A stretch of 64,000 nt of DNA, taken from positions 172,484,001 through 172,548,000 of the forward strand of contig OX597816.1 of assembly GCA_951406725.2 (NCBI GenBank), read 5' to 3'. Position numbers and translations under genes: made by a program. The notes beneath the pieces were generated by a model. The model saw only the letters and a program-made list of their open reading frames with translations. It was not told the origin of the DNA and did no database searches. This stretch comes from Octopus vulgaris. Lineage: Eukaryota. This document shows, piece after piece, positions 51,331 to 64,000 of this stretch (its first letter is position 1; each line of letters starts with the position of its first letter).

Positions 51331-52496
51331 ATTTCAACTTCTAAAGACAAATTCACTGCAGTTACTGTAGAGAAAAAGGTGAAAAAACACCATATTTACC
51401 CAGTATTGCTTTGTGTAAGATCCCTAGACACAGCGTTTCTAGCACTTTGGCCGTATCAATGGGAAATATCGAAGAGGGGTAACTCTGAGCAGATTTAAAG
51501 CTGTAGCTATAACTAAATCATCTTTACTGAGCATAGTGGTAGAAAATTTCTAATTCTTTGCGGTTTTCTATTACATTACGTCCCAAAAGTTTGGATTGTG
51601 TAATTTTTTTATTCTATGTTTGTCGAAGATTGTTGATATCTCTGTATACTTAAGAGTGTTTCATATCCTAACCAGTAGATAATATCTACATGTAAACGAG
51701 TTTTTATTTACTAAATCTTGCTAACTCTACTCGATCGAAGTTCTTTATGATGGGTGGAGGTAATATTAACTGGTGTCATGTAGCTGGAATTTTGGCACCA
51801 GTCTTCGGTTATTCGATTGTGCTGACTATGAGTAATCATTAACTAGTTAACATATAGCAGAGAGAGTGTGCTGAATGACTGGCCAAAACATTCAGTCTGG
51901 CACTTTTAGTCAATTATTCAGTGATGTGTACAAAATCGAAGCCCTTCTCACTCAAGGACTCATTTGATTTCGTTGTAAATTGGTATCACTGGTAGATACG
52001 ATGATAAATGATTTTAAGCTTACAACAAGTATTTCTATATTATAGTAATGGAGCTTTCAGTATTCTGTAATGCTGAGTTTCAATTCCCTTCTTCGGCCTA
52101 GGGATGAAAACAAAACTAAAGCAAACACATTCTTCATCGCAAGAAGTTCATTTTCATTGTGACTCCGTCAGAAGGAAAGATGAATGAAGAACAGAAAAGA
52201 TAATCAAGAAATGTGTAAAACTATTTATGAGTTTCTATGACAAAGGCTATGTTCCAAGATAGTCTTAGCTGTGGCGGCTAAATCGAAGTAGAGAACCAAA
52301 CAAATAACTTATATACAGTACTAAATGCAAGTTGGTAGTGTGTAATTGTTATGCTTCACATCTCTTTACAGAGAAGGAGTGGTATTTAAATGTTAAATCC
52401 GAACTCTTGTTTTGATCCTTGTTTAAAGGGAACTGCTCTTGGAGAAGCCATAAATATTATCATAACTTTGTACCCGTTAGAAAAACAACAGCTGAC

Positions 52497-52735
52497 GGAT
52501 CTTTACCTTTTGATGTACAGATTAATAAAATGATTTTTTGTAACTAAACACTTTCAAACTTCGGACACTGGCAGAACCTGTCATATAAAACATGTTTTAC
52601 TTTTAGCATTTTTGAGAAAAACTTATATTTACGAAGTTATTTCACTTTAAAGTTCTCGTATTTCGGTAATTTCAACCAATCAATGATGTGTATTCAACTG
52701 AATAAAATTACAGCTGTTGTTTGTCAACAAGAGCT
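52497..52735. mobile_element. Degenerate relative of the 7374 MITE (reverse orientation)
   Basis: GGATC terminus, AAACTTCGGACACTGG, AATTTCAACCAATCAATGA. Confidence 0.55.
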
Positions 52736-52739
52736 TCCA

Positions 52740-54090
52740 GTTTTAAATGGTAAACTTCTGAGACATTTTACCGATTTTTACAGTTCCGGTGAAGGATTGT
52801 ATCTGTAGTCTTTGAATTAGTCTTCTCCTTTATGGTTTTGGGAAACCTAATTTCTCCAGATTGGTATTTAGGCAGTGTGTCATATATCCCAGGGCCCCAA
52901 TAATTACAGGTACAAACCAGAACTTGTAATCTGGATAGAGTAACTGCAGATTTTTCAATAGCTCAGCGTAGGTATTCTCTTTTTCACTGATCTTCAGTTT
53001 TATGTTAATATCTACTGGGCAACTACACATTTTCACTTCTCTATTCCAAATCATTATAACAGGTCTGTTGTGCTTACATTTTATTGAGGTTTTCACTGGG
53101 AAATTCCACTAGTACTCCTTTTTATTATGAGTGGCTATGACTTCTACTATATTGTGGGTTCTTATTTCTTTGTCCTCAGGGTTATCCTTCTGATGGATTT
53201 CATTATATAGCATCCTAGCCACAACATTATGTCTCAACAGTAGATAATACCGTGATGACATTTTTGGACAACTGCTTATGATGTAGGTGCTGTCTTCAGT
53301 GTCAACTCCACAAAATCTGCATCACATTTTACTGCTTTTCCAGCATCTCTGCCCCCTTTGTGCATCAGGTATCTAGTTGATATTTCCTGTTCCTGGATTG
53401 CAAATGCATACGCTTCAAAATGGGAGGTACTAATCTATTTGTTGGTCCATGATAGACTGCTTTGATGATCAATGTTACTATCATCCTAGAGCTTTCTACT
53501 AACATATCCATGCATAGTCTTCTGCTCGTATGTGCTCCTCCTTTCATCTGATGACACGTTTCAGTAGAGTCATGTGATTTCTTTGGGCATGTATTTAAGG
53601 CTATCAGACAAGGCATGGTGCTCAAGGAGCTGCCTTCCAAGTCTTATGTTATCAGCCTCATGTATGCAAACTTGGTCAAGGAATGCACTCTCTTGGTGGT
53701 TGCCGAAGGGATATGATACGACATACAAAGGCATTTTGGATCGATATCAAGCCTCTACCGCCTTGTTTTCGTTTTAGGTAGTGGTGGTCTACATCACTAT
53801 TCATGTGGAAATTATGTGTGCTTGTTAGTATTTTCGGGTTTTCACATCAATGTCTCGGATCTCATCAAGCGTCCAATCGGATCACTTCAAGCGTCCAATC
53901 AATCAAACATATTGTGGGCCACTGTTTTATTGAATGCAAAGAGTTCTGAGGTACATATTTTCTTTATTCGGCAGTAATATTCTTTAGTGACACGTGTTTT
54001 GTTACAGGTGCCATTGTAAGATACGTTTTCACCCACTCCTAGATACCAGTAACATTCCTCATGGGATATAAGGGAAACAGTCAAGTCATT
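52740..54090 (-). mobile_element. Degraded R4/Dong-like LINE (RT C-terminus, zinc knuckle, RLE)
   Basis: YWYLGV..KEYYCRIKKICTSEL..NK; KHNRPVIMIWN..SCPVDINI..EKENTY..VPVIIGALG. Confidence 0.85.
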
Positions 54091-54164
54091 GATGGAGATG
54101 TATGTATGTATGTATGTATGTATGTATGTATGTATGTATGTATGTATGTATGTATGTATGTATG

Positions 54165-54200
<36 letters not shown>

Positions 54201-54279
54201 TGTATGTATGTATGTATGTATGTGTGTGTATGTATGTATGTATGTATGTATGTGTGTGTGTATGTATGTATGTATGTAT

Positions 54280-54503
54280 AAATATCTATGTGTGTTTGTG
54301 TCTGTTTGTCCCCCTCTGCCGCTTGACAACCGGTGTTGGTGAGTTTTCATCCCCGTAACTTAGTACTTCGGCGAAGAAAATCATAGAATAAGTGCCAGCC
54401 TTAAAAACAGATACTCGAGTCGATTCATAGGACCAAAAAATTCTTCAAGGTGGTACCCCAGTATGGCCGCAGTCAAATGACTGAAACAGGTAAAAGATAA
54501 AAG
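54280..54503 (+). mobile_element. SINE family A tail
   Basis: GTGTCTGTTTGTCCCC..CCAGTATGGCCGCAGTCAAATGACTGAAACAGGTAAAAGA. Confidence 0.8.
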
Positions 54504-54686
54504 GTAACACATACCACTATATTTTTTATAGAGTGTAGTGTTGTGGGTGTGTAGTGATGGGCTGTTCTTCTGGCAGCAGTAAAATATGATTTAGTTTCGT
54601 GTAATTTTATGCAGTGCAAGAGGACACATGTTAAAGCATCATAATACGTTCTGGTAATTTCTGTTAGCGATGTGTTACTTTTAAGT

Positions 54687-55067
54687 GGAGGCGCAATGGC
54701 CCAGTGGTTAGGGCAGCGGACTCGCGGTCATAGGATCGCAGTTTCGATTCCCAGACTGGGCGTTGTGAGTGTTCATTGAGCGAAAACACCTAAAGCTCCA
54801 CGAGGCTCCGGCAGGGATGGTGGTGATCCCTGCTGTACTCTTTCACCACAACTTTCTCTCACTCTTACTTCCTGTTTCTGTTGTACCTGTGTTTCAAGGG
54901 GCCGGCTTTGTCACTCTCTGTGTCACGCTGAATATCCCCGAGAACTACATTAAGGGTACACGTGTCTGTGGAGTGCTCAGCCACTTACACGTTAATTTCA
55001 CGAGCAGGCTGTTCCGTTGATTCGGATCAACCGGAACCCTCGTCGTCGTAACCGACGGAGAGCTTCC
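54687..55067 (+). mobile_element. SINE family B1
   Basis: Full length; TTACTTTTAA at 54675-54684 and 55076-55085 (TSD-like). Confidence 0.9.
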
Positions 55068-55588
55068 ATCCCATATTACTTTTAAACAGCAAAAAACTGC
55101 CAAGATCAATCTTTTCGGTTGATGTTAATTAAAGTTGAAGTTCTGTACACTGATACTCGTGAGTGGGTTTAAAAACGTGAACAGAGTTCAAGATGGATGC
55201 ATTTCCGAGTATGAAAGAGTGCTAAAATGTTTAATTTAGAAACTATCATAGAAGATTAGAAATGGTACAGGGGATGAATGGAGTTGGAATTGTATTTGGA
55301 GTGTTTGGTTGGAGATGGTTTAGAGCTTGCTCTTCCAGGATGAGCAGAGGCCATTAAAATGGCGTTAGAATATACGGAGGGAACAGCACAATTGTAGACC
55401 AGAGCTTCTTGTGTTTTGGTGTTTCCTTATGATGAAACGTTGAGTTGCAATTCTTCCCCCGGGACTCGGAGTAGCAAAATTTATACTAATCAGTCGACAG
55501 CCTTTTTTTGGTCGAGGTTGTTTATGTATACAGTAACTGCACCGTCCAATATATGCGGGACGTACTCTCAAGGAGGCCGCATTTATGT

Positions 55589-55659
<71 letters not shown>

Positions 55660-58115
55660 GAGAGCTCAGCAAATAATTTGGACTGCAGCATTTACAGGTC
55701 CCGAAGCGGAAGTCTTGGGAAGGCAACTTTAGATAATATTACATAGATTTGTGGACGGCGTGTTGTATCATGATATGTGTATCATATGTGTAAGGCAGTG
55801 ATACAGAAAGAGACTTACTCTTCGTATCATCAACAACAACAATCACATAACAATAGAATTATAGTGTACTTATATGACACGCCTTCCACGCTGATACTCT
55901 GATGAAACAGATTAATCTATAACTTGAAGTAATGCTAAAAAGAACAGTAACGGCAACCATATTGTGTGGTGAATGTTTAAACAAAATCACTTTTGTGTTC
56001 TTATATAAAAGATAAAATAAATATTTGTACAAACCGTGTTATATGAACAAACAACTTACCCACTCAAACATATTGACTGATTAAATCAACGTTGAGATTA
56101 CAAAGTGTTTGTTTAGTTACCACTACAGCCATTCAATGCAAGCTTTTCGTCTTTAAGGCGTGGGTCTGGCTTTTTCGCTGCTGATTTTTAAGAAATAAAG
56201 AAAAAAACTCGATGAAAGGTTTACAGAATACTGCAGTTGTTTATTTGCTTATTGATTTCTTATATCAGTGAAATCTTTAGATTTATAATCGGTGAGTATG
56301 AGCTTTTGCGGCAGTCATGCCTTTCTCAGGTTCTTTAGTTTACTTTAGCCTCCACGGTCAAGACCGGCCAAGCTAGAGCATTGCTTTTAATGCCATACAA
56401 ACTGGAGATTGAGTTGTTGCAAGCGTTGACTTCCACTAAAAACCCTTTCACTTCCCTCATCATGATCTTCGAAAGGATTGTCACACTTCACCTCGGTCCT
56501 AAAATACAAGGCTTTTGTACTGATTTTAAAAACAAAAATATACTTAAACCTAAGACTTTCATCCAAGATTTGTTAGTACAATCCATGAATTTTAAAAAGA
56601 TGGGGTGAAATGAAATTGTGAAACGTTCATACTTTATAAAATTCATTATTAACTCAAGGGAAGTGAAACAACTATTAACTGGGATTGAAACTAGTTCTCA
56701 ATACTTTCTTTCTATTGGTAGAGAGAATTTGTATTCTAAAGAGAAAGGGTAAGCAGCCAAGGAGCAAAATAGACGCCAGAATTCGATCCCCGATTGTTGT
56801 TTTATCTCGATTTTTTTTTTACTCCATTAATACTCCTGTAAAATCAGAAACCTCAGAGATTCCCAATCACTTTTTCCATATACATATGATGCAGTGTGTT
56901 AATGGAAGAAATATCGATGTTAGTACCACTGAGGTCGTTTCTAATTACTGTGACAGTTACAGTCATGAAACAGTAATGGACGGTGGTGGATAGAAACAGC
57001 GGTAGAGCGTCAGGCATTTTGCCTGAGGATATTCAATGACGTCCTTTATGTTCTGAGTTAAGTTCTTTCATTCTTCCGGTGTCTATAAAATAAATGCCAT
57101 TCAAATAGTTTACTCAATTTAATTAACTATAGTCATCCGTCAACAAGAAATTAAATTGCTCAATTTACAGTGCAATTTCTATATCAAGTTGTTGATTTGG
57201 AAGCCTCCAGTGACGGAAAAAATACTTCGCAATGTTTATATTTTTTTCGTGTCCTCGCTAAAGCAGAGTGTCGGTTCTGCGATCCGGTGTCTTTTCCAGT
57301 CCTTTCCATATCTTTGATACCGTCGATATAATCAGAGAATGAATATACTGAGAAAAGAATAAACATTTTCTAGCAATGGAAATGTAGCTTGCAGAAGTCT
57401 GAACTTTGTTTATAATTTACACCCTGAACATAGAAAAAATTCCTACTACAAGGCACTGGCCTAAGGACTATTGCTTGAATCCGTATCATTAATAGTTGAA
57501 TGGAAAATGCAATTTACAAATTGGGGACGCGATCTCAGTGCCTATACAAAAGCCAATTTGTAAGCTAAGGAAAATAAAAGCACTTCAACTGAAAAATGAA
57601 ACCGGATTTCTTTCATGAACGAATAAGAGGGTATCATTTTCAGGTACGGCACTTTTACCCTAATTTCTTTTTATCTTTCTAGAGGTGCAAACAGAGCCGT
57701 CGCATGACGTTTAGGGCCCCCTGTAGCTTTTTGTTTCGAGGCCCCATCTCTTCAATCAAAATTCACAAACTACGCACCTTTATTATCTGCAAAAATCAAA
57801 CAGCTTGTATTTTAGAATCATCACAGCAGATTCTGCTGTGATGATTCTAAAATGCAACACAAAAAAACCAACGGTATATCTTTTTTCTACCCCTCTGTAC
57901 ATAGATAGATACACACACATACATACACACACACAAACTTCTGTGTGTATGTGTGTGTGTGTGTGTGTGAGTGTGCGCGCGAGCGTTCACACACGCACGC
58001 CTTGATTTTGGTACAGAAAGAATTTTGTTTCCAGTTTTTGTTGCCTTAGGAGGTCAAAGACCGCTATTCTGTGTAGAAAGTGACCAGCTTTTCAACAGTA
58101 TCAAATAACAACACC

Positions 58116-58163
<48 letters not shown>

Positions 58164-58320
58164 TCAGCCGAAATTGTGAGGATAATCTGGTGCTTGACTG
58201 AAGAAAGGAAATTTCGAATGACCCGTCCTTGTTTTCTTTGTATCATCTATCTGGATGTTTTGTTGACCCTTTTTATATCACCTAGCTGTCCGGATGTTTT
58301 GCGTTCTTGTCCCATTTTAC

Positions 58321-58381
<61 letters not shown>

Positions 58382-58385
58382 TATG

Positions 58386-58933
58386 TTATAATTAGGGCTC
58401 AGCAAAGATTTGCTTTACCACATACCGAAGTTTAGAAATAACAGCCAGAGAACCTTAGCTATTTCCTCTACTTTAAAAAGAGATTCCCGGACAAAAACAA
58501 AGTACTCGAAAACAATACATGCAGGCAGAGATGAAGAATAAACGAAAATCAATCGGTATTTGATTACCCATGTACGGGTTTCAGAATTAGTTCGGTATAA
58601 AGAATGTAGAATTTATACTTTACCCAAACACTTTCCTCGTCAGCATGGGACTTCACAATATAAAATAATATTAAATCTGGAGGCACTGGAAGAATCGAAT
58701 CTACCTTTCCAACCAACAGAATTAGACAGACTACCTTCAACGTCCAGTACCGCCGAATTCAAAAATATACGAATGAGGTTCATCACTTTTCCCTTGCTAT
58801 CCATTATTTTCGAGTACTTTGTTTTTGTCCATGAATCTCTTTTTAAAGTAGAGGAAATAGCTAAGTTTCTCTGGCTGCTATTTCTAAACTTCGGTATGTG
58901 GTAAAGCAAATCTTTGCTGAGCCCTAATTATAA
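58386..58933. mobile_element. Fold-back MITE with ~127-bp TIRs
   Basis: 58386-58512 is the near-perfect reverse complement of 58807-58933. Confidence 0.88.
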
Positions 58934-59053
58934 AATATTACTTAAATTTACCGAGAAATGGCCCCTTTTCATGCCGAATTCTACTTGGTGAAATTATTGA
59001 TTACTCGTTAATTAATTAATTTTAACCTTTGTTATTATTGATATATATATATA

Positions 59054-59273
59054 TATTTCTTTACTACCCACAAGGGGCTAAACACAGAGGAGACAAACAA
59101 GGACAGACAAACGGATTAAGTCGATTACATCGACCCCAGTGCGTAACTGGTACTTAATTTATCGACCCCGGAGGCTGAAAGGCAAAGTCGACCTCGGCGG
59201 AATTTGAACTCGGAACGTAACGGCAGACGAAATACGGCAACGCATTTCGCCCGGCGGGCTAACGTTTCTGCCA
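59054..59273 (-). mobile_element. SINE family C
   Basis: Homology to 6906-7128. Confidence 0.9.
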
Positions 59274-59849
59274 GAGAGAGAAAGAGAGAAGTGAATAAAG
59301 AAAGAGGGAGAAACAGAGAGACTAAGAGACGTGTGTGTGGTACACGTCTAGCTCTCGCTCTCCTCTGAGTTAGCCAAAGCCTTGCGAATGGACTTGGTAG
59401 ACCAAAACAGATAAAAGCCAGACAGTATATGTGTGTGTGTGAGTGTATGTATGAATGTGTGTACGTATACTGTGTGTCTGTGTATGTATAGGTATACATC
59501 CCCACCTTTCATCACCATTGCTGGTCTTTCTTGTCTTTTCTCTTGAAGTTGTTCTTATTTTCATTGCCTTAGATTTCTTTCGTTTCTCTTTTATTTCCCT
59601 TGGGAATTCGTCGAAAAGCATTTTTCATTTACTTTTTTTGTTTCTTTTAAAGTTATTTACGGTGACCCCTCGTATTTTTTTCCTCGTCTGACTTAAAATT
59701 TTCAATTAACATCTTAACCAAAGTAAATAGACAGCTCATCTATGTAGTTTGCTCTTAATATGGGGCCCCTCAACTGCGGAGGCCCCCTGCGGCTGCAGGG
59801 ACTTAGCGACGGCTCTGGGTGCAAAGCTTGAAAGTTTGTGAGGGTGGAA

Positions 59850-60190
59850 TTAGTTGATTAGATCAACCCAAGTACTCAACGAGTACTTTATTTTATCGAC
59901 TTCGAAAGGATGAAAGACAAAGTCCACCTCTGCGGAATTTGAACCCAGAACGTGAATACGGTAGAAATACATATTTCTTTATTACCCACAAGGGGCTAAA
60001 CACAGTGGGGACAAACAAGGACAGACATAGGTATTAAGTCGATTACATCGACCCCAGTGCGTAATTGGTACTTAATTTATCGACCCCGAAAGGATGAAAG
60101 GCAAAGTCGATGAAAGGTGGAATTCGAACTCACAACAATACCACTAAACTTTTTGTCCGGCGTGCTGTCGTTTCTGCTCGCTCGCTACCT
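59850..60190 (-). mobile_element. Young SINE C 3' portion (~59972-60110) within an older C-type SINE
   Basis: Two successive GGATGAAAG.CAAAGTC cores. Confidence 0.8.
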
Positions 60191-61539
60191 ACTTTTATTC
60201 TAAATTAAGAAACAGAATGGAAATTCAAACAATGACAGATTTCTTACACGAGAACAAACATTTGTAAGGAATGAAAAGCAATTAATGTAATCAACCTTTT
60301 TTTTAACACATGACAGGAGTTTACCATATCAGGATGTATATATGAAAAGCGAAATGAAACCCAGAAGGATTTGAACTCAGATCGTCTAGTGTAAGAACGT
60401 ACATATCCTTTTACTTTTTATATCGGCAGTAAACTCAGTAAAACTGAAGTAGAGTATAATATCAAATGTATTATCGTGTTTGCACACGTCTATAACAAAC
60501 TGAATGAAAATCAGCGCAGAAATAGCCAGCGTCACGCAAACCTTTCATCGGATGAGGAATTGGTTGGAAGGTACCTGATTTTTTATTTTACTTTATTTTA
60601 TTTTATCTCTGAGTTTCCGCTCTTAAACAGTAGTTTTCATTTAACACCGCTGTTATCCATATCAAGCAAAATTCAATAAAACGAATCGGTTATATAATTA
60701 CACTGAAGCGTTTACCGATTTACCTATTTCTCTCATCTTCCCTTTGTCTGCCTACATACATGCACGCTCGCATACACACACACACACGCATATACGTACC
60801 CATACACGTATATGTGCATGTGCATGTGTGTGTGCGTGCGTGAACATGTGTATGTCTGTACATTTGCATTTTTTTTCTTTTCAAGCCGTTAAAGAGGCTA
60901 CTTTAAGTTTGATTATCGTCAATCTATAAATCAATCGGTTTTGTTCCCCCAAGAAGAAATCGGACAGGTTTAGACTTGTGAACAACAATCGCTGATGAAG
61001 TGTAAAGCACACCAACACACACGCACGCGCACACCTACACACGCACACACGCACACACGCACACACGCACACACATATATACATACACACATACACAAAG
61101 AATATAAGCAGGCTGAAGTAAACTGTGTAACTGCACTTCGTGAGGATTCGATAAAAAGTCTGGAAATGTTTGTAGATTCCTGTTAATGTGACAACATGAA
61201 ACAATAACAAAAAAGAAAATGAAAATTGAATATTGAATAAATAAGATTTCCGCAAGATAGACGTCGTCAATATAACAGGATTTCACGCTTGGCTGATTAT
61301 GATGACTTGACGTGTTTTACTTTTTTTTTTTTCTTTCTTTTCTCCGTTAAGAAAATCCTGTCTTTCACCGGATTTATTGACAGGAATTTAGACAACAGTT
61401 GAAAAAGAAAGAGAGAAAACAGACAAATAAATAAAATCCCTGGTTTCGTTTTGTTTTGGACTGACTTAAATAAGTGGCTTTCTAAGCCCTTCATGCGTTT
61501 GGTGTTTGTATTCAATTTACTTGGTATATAAGGAGCTTC

Positions 61540-62920
61540 CGTCGTCTCATCTGTATTCTCAACTTATTTTTTTTTCTAACATCATTCGCTCTTCGCTCGA
61601 TAAACTTTCTGGTACACTCACAACTCACACACATCATCCTTTATGACTTCATCAAATCCTTCATCCTTTGTGTCACAATATCTTCTAAATTTGATGTAGA
61701 CTTTCTGTTTGAGGAAAACTTGTAATATCACGGATACAGTCTGGCCACAAACTTTTCCAAGAACTATTCAGAGTTGAAGATTTCACTCCATCCCATGACA
61801 GCTATATTCTTCAGAGCATCTATTGTTAATTATCTAATTGCAGGTTTAATTCGAACTGTAGGCTTATCCTCCTTTTTTGCTTATCCTCCTTTTTGCCGAT
61901 TGCTTTCAAAAGTGACTTGAAAGTTCTCATATAATATGCCTTGAAGTTAGCTATCACAACTTCATTCATTGGCTGGAACAAAGAAGTTGTATTCTTGAAG
62001 ATGGATTCCACTCTTACATTATCAGAAATGTCATCTAAGATCGCTGGGGGACTCGGTGTATTGTCTAAAAGAAGCACTGTTTTGTTGGAAATATTATGTC
62101 TGACATTGTACCTTTCTATTGCAGGACGAAAAAAGTTTGTAGACCACTCTTTGAAAAGGCTCTTAGTCATCCATACCTTCTTTTTAAAACATCAAATCAG
62201 AAATAGACTAAACTTTGTGTAACCCTTGAAAGCCCTTGATACGTGTGTGAAGGCTATTGTTTCTTATTACTAGCGGCATCTCCTACCAAAATAAGTATCA
62301 GACGGCTTTTGGAAGCTTTAAGTTGATTTTTCTTCTTGAGAAATAAAAGTTCTAGCAGGCATGCACTTCTGGAAAAATGCAGTTTCATCAACATTGTACA
62401 CTTGCTCTGGCTTCTAGCCCCATTCAGCAATCATTTTCTTCAACTGTTAAACTGATAATTAGTTGCAGCCTCTGTACCAACGCTCGCAGTTTCACCAGTC
62501 ATTTTGATGTAGTGCAAGTTCATGGGCTTCTTAAACTCTTCAAATCAGCCTTTACTGGCCAAAATGGTGTTTTCATGAGAAGTTTCACCTTCCTCTCTTT
62601 CTGCAAATCGTCATATAAACTTTTGGCTCATCGTATTTATCGGCACATTATGCTGTTTCTGATCTTTGATCTACAGACACAAGAGTCGTTCCACTGTAAA
62701 CATTACATTAGATCTATAACAAAATAAGGCCCGGATTGTTAACAGAATAATTTCTTGAGCACTTGACATAATTTTCTCTCTGTTGTCACGTATTGTTACC
62801 GCTGTGGACGTTGTAAGATTCAAATTTTGGGCAATAAAACTTAGTTTTACTTCCACATCAATTTTTTTTATAATATCAGGTTTAATAACCTTTACGGTTC
62901 CTTTTCGCATTATTACCTGC
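61540..62920 (-). mobile_element. Degraded Tigger/pogo transposase
   Basis: HTH-psq-like KPDIIKK..IAQNLNLTTST..TIRDNREKI..VERLL; DDE_1-like WMTKSLFKEW..LLLDN..NTTSLFQPM..VIANFKAYY. Confidence 0.85.
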
Positions 62921-63384
62921 ATGACTACTTCATAGCTTCTTTGTAGACATCTTACGTTGAAGGCAAATGCAACAAATGTGTAATAACAACAATTAGCCCA
63001 GGAAAGATCTGACGTGTGAGAGCGGAAAATTGTCTTATTTCTTTGGATGTAATAACGAAATTGAGATGAAAAGAGGAAAAAAGGAAAAGGTGAGAAAATG
63101 TGATGAGAAGGTGAGAAAGGGGCAAGATTTCTGCCCGTCCCCACCAAAAAAAACCCCACCCTTTTTTAAAACTTTTTTTTTTTGACACAAACGCCCCCTT
63201 TCGGCAACGGGGAATACGAATCTGCAAAAAAAAATTAGCAAAAATCGACATTTCTAAATTACCACCCCCAACCCCATTTCCTTCATTATAAACTTTTTTC
63301 AGAATATTTTTTTCTCAAAATATGCGGGAAAATACAGATGTCAGGATTCGGACAAAAATTTCAAAACATTTCTGTACTTACGAT

Positions 63385-63505
63385 TATGGTTTTAGAGTTA
63401 GGGTTAGGATTAGGGTTTTAGGGTTAAGGATATGGTTTTAAGGTTAGGGCTAGGGTTTTAGGGTTAGGGTTAGGGTTAGGGTTTTAGGGTTAGGGTTTTT
63501 GGGTT
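63385..63505 (+). repeat. Degenerate (TTAGGG)n / (TTTTAGGG) tract, interstitial
   Basis: Direct inspection; flanked by an imperfect inverted repeat (~63225-63270 vs ~63540-63585). Confidence 0.85.
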
Positions 63506-64000
63506 ACTGTTACGGAAAAAAGTAAAAATTGAAGAAGTTGGGGGAAGGGGGAAATTTTCACAATGCCGATTTTTGGCAATTTTCCGGAACCTCCATATCC
63601 GAAAACGGGGATTTTTGGCAAAAAATTTTTTAAATAAGCAAATTTGGGAGAAAATGGTGGTGGTGGTGGGGGGCGGCCGGAAGGCTTTCCGAGAAAGGAA
63701 AATGTGAGAAAGGAAGAGAAAGTACTACAAGATTACAGCTAGCAGAAGGGTCACCAGATTTTGTAGGCAGTTCGCTCCTTGCACTTAAGAGATAAATATT
63801 TACACACGCACTCACACACCAACACTCACACACACACACACACACTCATACGCACCAACATTCACATAAAAACACTCATACACACACAAACACAAATACA
63901 TACACACGCACGCACACATACACACACACACACACACACACGCACGCATATTGGCGTACTTATTGATGTCTCTTGTAGTAAGTTGGATTCAAGAGTTGTT

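Larger units (their letters stand above)
57692..59817. mobile_element. Non-autonomous hAT element containing nested insertions
   Basis: TIRs CAGAGCCGTCGC / GCGACGGCTCTG, perfect 8-bp TSD GGTGCAAA (57684-57691, 59818-59825), subterminal GGCCCC motifs. Confidence 0.9.

Noticed and set aside
61826-62170. Domesticated Tigger-derived (TIGD/JRK-like) host gene
   Set aside because: Multiple stops and frameshifts, and a degenerate catalytic motif
63385-63505. True telomere or chromosome-fusion site
   Set aside because: Short, degenerate, single orientation, with ordinary sequence continuing beyond

Overview
AT-rich, microsatellite-dense eukaryotic genomic DNA, most likely a coleoid cephalopod (Octopus-like). 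That taxon call rests on recalled SINE families and is not verified. Most of the window is repeats: at least five tRNA-derived SINE (sub)families in about 30 copies, five near-identical ~400-bp non-autonomous Helitrons, four mariner remnants, a Tigger/pogo relic, a hAT element with nested insertions, several MITEs and palindromes, RTE/CR1/R4-Dong LINE fragments, two Penelope-like (GIY-YIG) fragments with hammerhead-like motifs, and an internally deleted Gypsy LTR element. No intact protein-coding gene is recognisable, and nearly all ORF-track entries are microsatellite or SINE artefacts. A weakly supported chain of phase-compatible minus-strand micro-exons (42.9 kb to 32.7 kb) may mark a host gene whose introns contain much of the window. 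I found no convincing wholly new biological system. The best leads are a SINE that repeatedly inserts at one internal site of its relatives, non-canonical hammerhead-like cores, the micro-exon chain, and inverted Helitron pairs. SINE family letters (A-D) are my own labels, and many boundaries are approximate by a few bp.
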